The position numbers were made by a program, and so were the translations under genes. Under the pieces are notes generated by a model. That model was given only the letters and a program-made list of their open reading frames with translations. It was not told the origin of the DNA and searched no databases. 59,215 bases of DNA from assembly GCA_966212495.1 (NCBI GenBank), contig CBIHRR010000001.1:1-59215 (forward strand), written 5' to 3'. The stretch is from an uncultured Gammaproteobacteria bacterium. GTDB lineage: Bacteria > Pseudomonadota > Gammaproteobacteria > Xanthomonadales > Xanthomonadaceae. Of this stretch, positions 58,381 to 59,215 are shown one piece after another. How positions within the stretch are numbered: the stretch's first letter is position 1; every line of letters starts with the position of its first letter.

Positions 58381-59215
58381 ATGCCCGGCAGTTATCCCGG
58401 TTTCGACATGTACGCCCGGATGCAGGAAGTCGCATCCCGCATGGCCTCGGGCGGCGCCAGCCCGGAGGCGTTCGCCAGCGAGTGGAAGCGCGCGCTCGGG
58501 GCGACGTCGCCCAACCCCTTCGCCAGCGCCTTCCAGGCGATGGGCGGGCAGGGCATGCAGGGGCTGGATGCCTGGAACGCCGCCGTCGCGCCCTGGCTCG
58601 AAGCCGCGCGGCGCGAGGGCGGGGCGCTGCTCGGGCTGCCGGCCTTCGGCATCGGCCGCGAGCACCAGGAGCGGCTGCAGGCGCTCGCGCAGGCGCAACT
58701 CGAAGCCGCGCGCCGCGAGGGCGAGTTCAACTTGCTGATGCTGCGCGCGCTGGAACGCGCGCATGCGCTGTTCGGCGCGAAGCTGACGCAGCGCTCCGCG
58801 CCCGGCAAGGCGCTGGACAGCGCGCGCGCGCTGTTCGACCTCTGGATCGACGCGGCCGAGGAGGCCTACGCGGAAATCGCGCTGTCGCCGGAATTCCGCA
58901 GTGCGTACGGCGCGCTGGTGAACGCGCAGATGCGCGTGCGCCAGGGCGTGCAGCGCGAAGTCGAGCAGGCGGCCGAGCAGGTCGGCATGCCGACGCGCAC
59001 CGAGATCGATTCGGCGCACCAGCGCATCGCCGAGCTGGAGCGCGCGCTGCGGCGCATGCGCGACGGCACGGACGCGACGCCCGCCACGCACGCCGCGAAG
59101 CCGGCCGCCACGCCAGCCGCCACGCCAGCCGCCAAGCCGGCAGCCAAACCGGCCGCAAAACCGGCCGCCGCGCGGAAGCCGTCGCCCAGCCCGGCGCCCA
59201 GCCCGGCACCGAAAA
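58381..59215 (+). CDS. phaE: Class III PHA synthase subunit PhaE (3' partial; absent from the ORF track because no stop lies in the window)
   Basis: RBS GGAGG then ATG 58381. Translation gives LPAFGIGREHQER...LFDLWIDAAEEAYAEIALSPEF...YGALVNAQM...GMPTRTEIDSAH and an Ala/Lys/Pro tail. Confidence 0.85.
   Translation, partial: MPGSYPGFDMYARMQEVASRMASGGASPEAFASEWKRALGATSPNPFASAFQAMGGQGMQGLDAWNAAVAPWLEAARREGGALLGLPAFGIGREHQERLQALAQAQLEAARREGEFNLLMLRALERAHALFGAKLTQRSAPGKALDSARALFDLWIDAAEEAYAEIALSPEFRSAYGALVNAQMRVRQGVQREVEQAAEQVGMPTRTEIDSAHQRIAELERALRRMRDGTDATPATHAAKPAATPAATPAAKPAAKPAAKPAAARKPSPSPAPSPAPK
59083..59170 (+). repeat. 12-bp coding repeats (PAAT/PAAK) in the PhaE tail
   Basis: Units such as ccggccgccacg, ccagccgccacg, ccagccgccaag and ccggcagccaaa. 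Confidence 0.7.

Overview
High-GC window, most likely from a Lysobacteraceae/Xanthomonadales gammaproteobacterium (inferred from gene order and protein style). The core backbone is nuoL(partial)-nuoM-nuoN, then initiator tRNA-Met-rimP-nusA-infB-rbfA-truB-rpsO-pnp. A ~27 kb accessory block (4631-32102) separates nuoN from the tRNA. It holds (i) a tailoring cluster with no scaffold enzyme: ABC exporter, HPr-kinase-like P-loop kinase, two B12-dependent radical SAM enzymes, a nucleotidyltransferase, three SAM methyltransferases, two GT4 glycosyltransferases and an amidohydrolase; (ii) an MtrA/MtrB-type decaheme cytochrome-porin pair plus a diheme cytochrome c4; (iii) a TorF-like porin, ECF sigma, zinc-finger anti-sigma and S8 lipoprotease; (iv) a lipoprotein, a polytopic membrane protein and an Oar-like TonB-dependent receptor with a perfect CRP/Clp box. 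Main observation: a bipartite motif GCAAC-N18/19-SACMYAY lies, correctly oriented, upstream of all three tailoring operons, the mtrA operon and the ECF sigma gene. This suggests one ECF regulon joining the tailoring enzymes and the multiheme conduit. The anti-sigma periplasmic domain also resembles the propeptide of the adjacent S8 protease. After pnp come a GT2/HEAT/two-component module, a divergent cupredoxin/EAL/porin module, then MFS, RNB, dinB, a 3-hydroxybutyrate dehydrogenase-like SDR, an FMN reductase, a CDP-alcohol phosphatidyltransferase and a partial phaE. All calls come from reading motifs by eye; no database searches were run.
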